NCBI GenBank assembly: GCA_002269645.1
Contig: NIVC01000179.1
Span: 1-64,000 of the forward strand
Source of the DNA: Macrostomum lignano
Taxonomy: Eukaryota
Direction: 5' to 3'
DNA length: 64,000 bases
A program made the translations under genes and the position numbers. Numbering within the stretch: the stretch's first letter is position 1; every line of letters begins with the position of its first letter. Under the pieces are notes generated by a model, which was given only the letters and a program-made list of their open reading frames with translations, was not told where the DNA came from and did not search any database. Below are positions 57,096 to 64,000 of the stretch, piece by piece.

Positions 57096-59802
57096 GGCTG
57101 AGCTGGGGGGGGGCTCCCCGCCGCCTTGCTATCCTCCTCTCTGTCTGCCCGGCTGAGCAGAGACAGATAGAGAGTGGCAAGGGACTGGACAGCGGACAGG
57201 CCAAGCGCTAGGCAATCGTTGAAGCGTGGAGCGTCTTCCTAAGTCGCTTGAATTGACCGACTGTCTGCTTCTTTTTCTGTTGCCGCTGCTTTCGCTTTTC
57301 CTGTCTCTTTTTCTTCTTTTACTTATCCGCGCGCTTCTGCCCTGTTCCGATGGGCTCCTGAGCGATATGAGACTGGGGTCTCTGTGAGCACAGACTCTGC
57401 TCCTTGCTTCCTTCTTCTTCTCTTTCCTCCCAGCGGTGGCGGGAGAGGCTGAGAAGCTATTTGACTCAGGCCAATCCTGGAGCACTCAAACTATTGGCTT
57501 GGCCACTGTGGGAGATGAGGCTGATGAAGGACTGCTCTGGACTCTAAGCCGGGCTCTCTCTTGACTGGGAATTCATTTTTGCCGAGGAGACGAGGCGAGA
57601 GAGAGGGGAGCGCAGAAGCCGATTAAATGGAAATTTATATTCGACCGCAAATATAGGCTGTCGGACTTATCGGTGCCGGTCGATAACGACCGCTCGTCCA
57701 ATTTTTCTGGGGAAGAACCGGACGGATTTGGGAATGAAATAACTGCAGCGGGAGCCGCCACCTGTGCTGGATTTTTGCCCCTGTCCGCCCTCTGCCCCAA
57801 CTTTTTCGATACTCAACTGAAGTCTAGCTATTGGGGTCGCTCTGTAGTGACTGCGGAACAGTAAATAGAGATTGCCAGTCTATGCAATGGGATTAAACCT
57901 TTTTCGTAAGAAAACTATTTATTGAACACTTGGAATGGCGCGCTGCGTGTTAGCTAATCCTCATACTAAGGCAGTAAGAATACAAACAATAGCATTTTGA
58001 GTATTTCTTTTTTGCCTATGGTTAGATAAAGTTGATAGTTGGACAGATCAAGTGGATGATCTTCATTCGCTGCGGCAGCTACCATAGACAATGAAGCTAC
58101 AATAGTTCAGTTGGCACTTCCTAGCCCGATGAGATGTCTATGGTCAAAAGACCATTATCCCACCGAGACTGTCTATGGTAAATCCTCGCTTGGCGCTGCG
58201 CAATCTTAGAAACTGAATCGAACTACTTTGATTAGCCGGCTCAGTCTTGCTTGTCAGCACTTGCTCGAACCGCTGGAGGTTTTTCTATTTCTTCTGCTGG
58301 CAGAAAAAGCTGAAGAAGCCACTGCCCCCCCCCCAAAAGCAGTGCCGTCTCTGATCGAAGCAAACGAGTCCGCCACTCCCGCTTGCCTCCCGCGGCCATG
58401 AATAATGATTGATGACGAGTCGAGTCGCTTCCAGCATGCAGCCTCCTCTCCCTCCCGCTCCATCATTCTTAGGTCAGCTCACGCTCTGCATAGCCTGAGG
58501 CCGCAGTGTTTACCCCATCGACTTTTGTTGCCCTCTGGCTCTGGCTAAGTGAGCCACTCCGCTACTCTCCTCAACCGCTCCTTCCTCCTTCGTTCTCTCT
58601 CTCTCTCTATTCCTGCTCCCCTCTCTTACAAGACAAGAGGCCGGAGGCAATCCATTTCCTTCACCAGAAACCTGCTAGGCTCACTATACTGCAGATTTAC
58701 AAATCTGTGCATCTCGACAGGACTTTAACAAAAACAGCCGGCGTGTTCGGTGTTGGAAATTGAGTAAACTGCTGCCGGGTCAGGGCGATCAAGTCGGCCC
58801 CATTAGCTAAGAGGAACACTACGGTTGCTTGGAGCTTTCATGTATAATCCAGTCTCGTGTTACACGATTGATATAAAGCGGTTTCACAACAGACTGACGA
58901 CGGCAAAAAAGCGGCTCCACATTTTGAGGAAAAAATTCTACTTTGAATGCTGTGACTCCTGAGCACTGTACGCAGGCACGCACTCATATACACGCTCACA
59001 CGGGGTGTACAGCAGCCCTTTGACTTTCTAATCGTCAGGCAAGTACACTCCATGTGACTCGAGGGTTGGCCCTCAAGGCTGTGAATGTGACAGCGCACGG
59101 AATCGAACCAGGGGGTCCTGCCTGAATTGCTCTCTCCCTGTTGACTCAACTTTGCAGGATTCTGTCATCGACTCAGGAAGACAGCCCTGACAGCCGCCGT
59201 CACGAATCCAATCTTATCTCTGCTCGATCTGAGGAAGCAGCCGCCGCGGCTACGAATTTCTGCAAGCAATGCTCTGCGTCGCTCTTCTCTTCTTATTTTG
59301 CACTTTTTAGCGAGAAAAGCAGCGAAAAGCTGCCCTGATTTCCTGCGCTTGCTTCTTCTTTTCTGGAGCGGAGCTGCCGAGCGGCGCGATGAGGCTAGGG
59401 AAGCCCCTCGACAGCTCAAAAGCTTTGATTCCGGCAACTGAGGGGGCAGGGTTGGCTGGCGATAAGCATGTCGCACTAGCCGCAGATACAGAGGAATGTA
59501 TAATGTATGTAATGTGTGGCGAAATTGCTTTGGAAAATGCACCCGTTTCGCTAGTACGCTTGTAAGCAACATTATTTTCGGCTTAGTTGTGAGACAAATT
59601 TCAGACGGCTACAATTTCGCTATTAAGTAACTATCGGTAGCGCCAAACTGCATACTACTTACTTACTAAGTAGTTTAAATATGTAACTCTTTGATCTCGG
59701 AAATTTTCGGAACAGTTTAAAGGGATCGATTTGAAATGGCGGGCAATGATTTATTGAGCCGTAAACCGATCAACAAAGGCTTTTTAAAACTGCCTCAACT
59801 AT

Positions 59803-59839
<37 letters not shown>

Positions 59840-60324
59840 TAAAGATATGCATGAATGAGCCTGTTTAATATACACGGTATATCCGGGTAACTCTGTACTC
59901 TATAAGATACACTGAGTCGCTTTTTAAAAAATCTATTTTTTGCCACAGTCCAAAATTTAGAAACATTTATGCGAAGAAATTTGCACGCTAAACTCTTTAC
60001 TGTCAGTAGACAGCGATGCAACTTACCCTTTTGCTGTTGCTGTTGCGGGTCAAAGTCCAGCTGGCTAGTCAGGGTGGACGAGTTCGGTAGCTGCTGTCTG
60101 CCCGTCTCCCTGGCCGCCTTTGACAGCTGGCTCAGCACCGACTGGCTCTCGGCCAGCCGCTGGTAGTACTCGGCCGCGTGAGGCTGCGAGTTCGAGCGGG
60201 ACCTCCGGCCTGGACTGCCTCTGCGGAATTTGGGAGAAGCCAAGCCTGCACCGCTGCACTGCCCGCTGCTCTGACGAAAGAAAACCGCTGAACCGCTCTA
60301 CTCAAACTCAATAACCAATTGAGT

Positions 60325-60655
60325 TCAGCACATCGAGTCCGATCTATCGAGTCCAACCCATCAAGTCCAATCTATCAAGTCCAATCTATCAAGTCCAATC
60401 TATCAAGTCCAATCTATCGAGTCCAATCTATCGGGTTCAACCCATCGAGTCCAACCCATCGAGTCCAACCCATCGAGTCCAACCTATCGAGTCCAACCCA
60501 TCGAGTCCAACCTATCGAGTCCAACCCATCGAGTCCAACCTATCGAGTCCAACCCATCGAGTCCAACCCATCGAGCCCAATCTATCGATTCCAACCCATC
60601 GAATCCAACCTATCGAGCCCAACCCATCCAGTCCAACCCATCGAGTCCAACAAAC
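60325..60655. repeat. 14-bp minisatellite ATCGAGTCCAACCY
   Basis: Directly visible. Confidence 0.92.
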
Positions 60656-61229
60656 TCAGCCCAGAGCTTTTCTAGTCAAGCAAATACTAGTCGCAGATAT
60701 TAGTAAAATGAATAAATTTCCCCATAGCAGACTCAAAACAAAATTCTAATTGACTTATCATTGACTGTTAGTTAACACGAGCGGGCTCTGTGCTCTCCCG
60801 CCAGGAATCGCCCGGCCAGATGAGCGTGACTGAGACTCGGAAACCGTTTCGGTTGTTTCAGCTCCGACCCGCGCAGATGGCCAGCCCATTGCTTGTTCAG
60901 TGCGACTCTACCTTCGATCTAACCCAAAATTAGATTTATATCTAGCATCTATATATCTATGCTGGTAGGATCTAACGCATTGAGTGCGTGAGCACATTAG
61001 TGCTATGCTCAAGCTCTATAGTAACCCCCGGCACGCTATGAACTCAAGAGAGTCCCGACTCTGAGCACTTCCGATTTAGTTGTTCACGGGTCTCAGGTGT
61101 GGGGGCTAAGCGAATCTTTGCTGGTTAATGACTGGCAGGCCTGTTACAATGGTTTCTTTACCGACAGTGGCTCTCTGGCTGGCTCCAGTGAAAACCGAAT
61201 TATTTCTAATAGAATCCATGCATTCCGGT

Positions 61230-61865
61230 TTGCATGGCTGATGTTGTGACTGGAGATGGGATCGAGACTATTGAGATGTGCATTGCTGATGTTGTGACTG
61301 GAGATGCAATCGGGACTATTGAGATGTGCATGGCTGATGTTGTGTCTGGAGATGGGATCGGGACTATTGAGATGTGCATTGCTGGTGTTGTGACTGGAGA
61401 TGCAATCGGGACTATTGAGATGTGCATTGCTGGTGTTGTGACTGGAGATGCAATCGGGACTATTGAGATGTGCATTGCTGGTGTTGTGACTGGAGATGCA
61501 ATCGGGACTATTGAGATGTGCATTGCTGATGTTGTGACTGGAGATGCAATCGGGACTATTGAGATGTGCATTGCTGATGTTGTGACTGGAGATGCAATCG
61601 GGACTATTGAGATGTGCATTGCTGATGTTGTGACTGGAGATGCAATCGGGACTATTGAGATGTGCATTGCTGATGTTGTGACTGGAGATGGGATCGGGAC
61701 TATTGAGATGTGCATTGCTGATGTTGTGACTGGAGATGAGATCGGGACTATTGAGATGTGCATTGCTGGTGTTGTGACTGGAAATGGGATCGGGACTATT
61801 GAGATGTGCATTGCTGATGTTGTGACTGGAGATGCAATCGGGACTATTGAGATGTGCATTGCTGA
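61230..61865. repeat. 48-bp minisatellite GCTGATGTTGTGACTGGAGATGCAATCGGGACTATTGAGATGTGCATT, about 13 copies
   Basis: Directly visible. Confidence 0.96.
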
Positions 61866-62261
61866 TATTCTGACTATTGAGTTGCAAAACTTAAGAACTC
61901 CTCGGCAGACAGCTCAAGCTGATGCAGCTATAGACTCACATGTTGTTGCCCATTGCGACTTGAAATTTCTATTAAACTGGGTGGCTGCCTGACAGCAGAG
62001 AGGAGTTCGTGTGTACGAGTAGTGTATGCACTCGAAGACGGTGCATGGTGCCAGCTGGAGTCGCCTGCTAAGGGACTAAAAAAGTTGAGCTTTTTCTTTG
62101 GCAGATTTATCTCGAAAATCCCAAATGGGCGGAGGAGCCAGCCAGTGAGCAGTTGCTCCCAATATCTCATCCCAGGTCTCCCCTCATCCCAGTGAATCGC
62201 AGCAAATCCTCCAATAATTTTGCAACTTTCTCAGGCTCACAGGCCTTTTCTAACTGGCTGG

Positions 62262-63045
62262 ATGCATAGCAACTGGGATGTACCATAAACACTGACTGCA
62301 TAGCAACTGGGATGCACCATAGATACTGACTGCATAGCAACTGAGATGTACCATAGACACTGACTGCATAGCAACTGGATGCACCATAGATACTGACTGC
62401 ATAGCAACTGGGATGCACCATAGACACTGACTGCATAGCAACTGGGATATACCATAGACACTGACGGCATAGCAACTGGGATGTACTATAGATAATGACT
62501 GCATAGCAACTGGGATGCACCAGAGATACTGACTGCATAGCAACTGGGATGTACCATAGACACTAACTGCATAGCAACTGGGATGTACCATAAACACTGA
62601 CTGCATAGCAACTGGGATGCACCATAGACACTGACTGCATAGCAACTGGGATGCACCATAGACACTGACTGCATAGCAACTGGGATGCACCATAGACACT
62701 GACTGCATAGCAACTGGAAAGTACCATAGACACAAACTGCACAGCACCTGGGATGCACCATAGACACTGACTGCATAGCAACTGGGATGCACCATAGACA
62801 CTGACTGCATAGCAACTGGGATGTACCATAGATACTGACTGCACAGCAACTGGGATGCACCATAGACACTGACTACATAGCAACTGGGATGCACCATAGA
62901 CACTGACTGCATAGCAACTGGGAAGTACCATAGACACTGACTGCATAGCAACAGGCGAAATACCATAGACACTGACTGCATAGCAACAGGGATGCACCAT
63001 AGACACTAACTGCATAGCAACAGGCGAAATACCATAGAGATGCAG
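62262..63045. repeat. 34-bp minisatellite ACTGACTGCATAGCAACTGGGATGCACCATAGAC, about 23 copies
   Basis: Directly visible. Confidence 0.96.
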
Positions 63046-63584
63046 ACTGCATTTCTCCTTCCTCCCTAGAGTCCCATAGATAGCAAAGTGCATGCACACC
63101 CTAATTCTCTTAGCACAGCGCAGCCCAATCTCCAGGCCACATTAACACTAGATGACTCTGCATACGGACGTGATTCTTCCGCTCGGTCACTCCGCCCCCC
63201 CCCCCGATCTTCTACCGAATCGCGGCCCAGATTCCGAAGTTCGAATTCTGAAGCGCGCAACCTGCCAAGTCCATTCTGCCTCGCCGTCACCCCTTAGGCG
63301 CCAGTCTGGGGTTTCCCACCATGGGTCTGCGGGGCTCCCTGCCACTCCACTGGCTCAATCGATTCCCGCAGATTCATCGATTAGACGTCTTCTTCCCGTC
63401 TTGCCAAGCGGGTTAGGGCGATTTCTGCCTGGGAGGCCCAGTTGCATTGGGGAAGAATATGTTGCAAAGTTTTCATAGGAAGATTGCTGAGAAACAGCTG
63501 TGCTGCATAGCGATTCTGCCAAATGTTGAACACTTGCGAGTCTTTCTGTGGCTTGTCGTTTTCTGTAGATCTTGTTCTCTCACT

Positions 63585-64000
63585 CCTCCTGCCATTCTCT
63601 CGCTTCTCCTGCCATTCTCTCGCTTTTCCTGCCATTCTCTCGCTTCTCCTGCCATTCTCTCGCTTCTCCTGTCATTCTCTCCCTTCTCCTGCCATTCTCT
63701 CGCTTCTCCTGTCATTCTCTCCCTTCTCCTGTCATTCTCTCCCTTCTCCTGTCATTCTCTCCCTTCTCCTGTCATTCTCTCCCTTCTCCTGTCATTCTCT
63801 CCCTTCTCCTGTCATTCTCTCCCTTCTCCTGTCATTCTCTCCCTTCTCCTGTCATTCTCTCCCTTCTCCTGCCATTCTCTCGCTTCTCCTGCCATTCTCT
63901 CGCTTCTCCTGCCATTCTCTCGCTTCTCCTGCCATTCTCTCGCTTCTCCTGCCATTCTCTCGCTTCTCCTGTCATTCTCTCCCTTCTCCTGCCATTCTCT
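63585..64000. repeat. 20-bp minisatellite CGCTTCTCCTGCCATTCTCT, runs off the window end
   Basis: Directly visible. Confidence 0.96.

Larger units (their letters stand above)
57150..62250 (-). other. Possible further low-complexity (Arg/Ser/Gln-rich) exons on the minus strand, not reliably assembled
   Basis: Exon-like block about 60270-60028 (acceptor TTTTCTTTCGTCAG, donor AAG G|GTAAG) and a GTGAGT donor near 61939; GC-rich blocks at 57240-57500, 58250-58500 and 59170-59440. No recognisable domain. Confidence 0.3.

Noticed and set aside
61144-61992. 252-aa repeat protein (ADVVTGDAIGTIEMCI)n and antisense ORFs
   Set aside because: The 48-bp unit is a multiple of 3 and stop-free in several frames; no non-repetitive coding flanks or splice context support translation.

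Overview
Eukaryotic (metazoan) genomic DNA. Minisatellite-filled introns and a spliced-leader-like motif suggest a flatworm such as Macrostomum (inference). Six protein-coding genes can be assembled by hand with consistent splice phases: NOP56 (-), eRF3/GSPT (-), a TMEM97/EXPERA-family gene (-), a divergent TRPC-like channel (+), a two-C2 copine-like gene with no visible vWA domain (+), and a SARA/ZFYVE9-16 C-terminal-domain gene (-). A decayed DIRS-order (Ngaro-like) tyrosine-recombinase retrotransposon lies at about 31.9-34.4 kb. The rest is about 25 unrelated minisatellite arrays, several MITEs and non-autonomous DNA transposons, and tRNA-derived SINEs. Most ORFs in the supplied track are read-throughs of these repeats. 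The most unusual items are: (1) a 914-bp TSD-flanked retroposon-like insert whose 5' end resembles the flatworm spliced-leader hairpin and whose 3' end is a CAA tail; (2) a >=10-kb foldback-like inverted repeat with modular tandem-repeat arms enclosing it; (3) an intronic array that multiplies a 5' splice site about 29 times; (4) a DNA transposon whose subterminal motif has expanded into a 1.1-kb satellite. All coordinates and counts were obtained by eye; no database searches were run.
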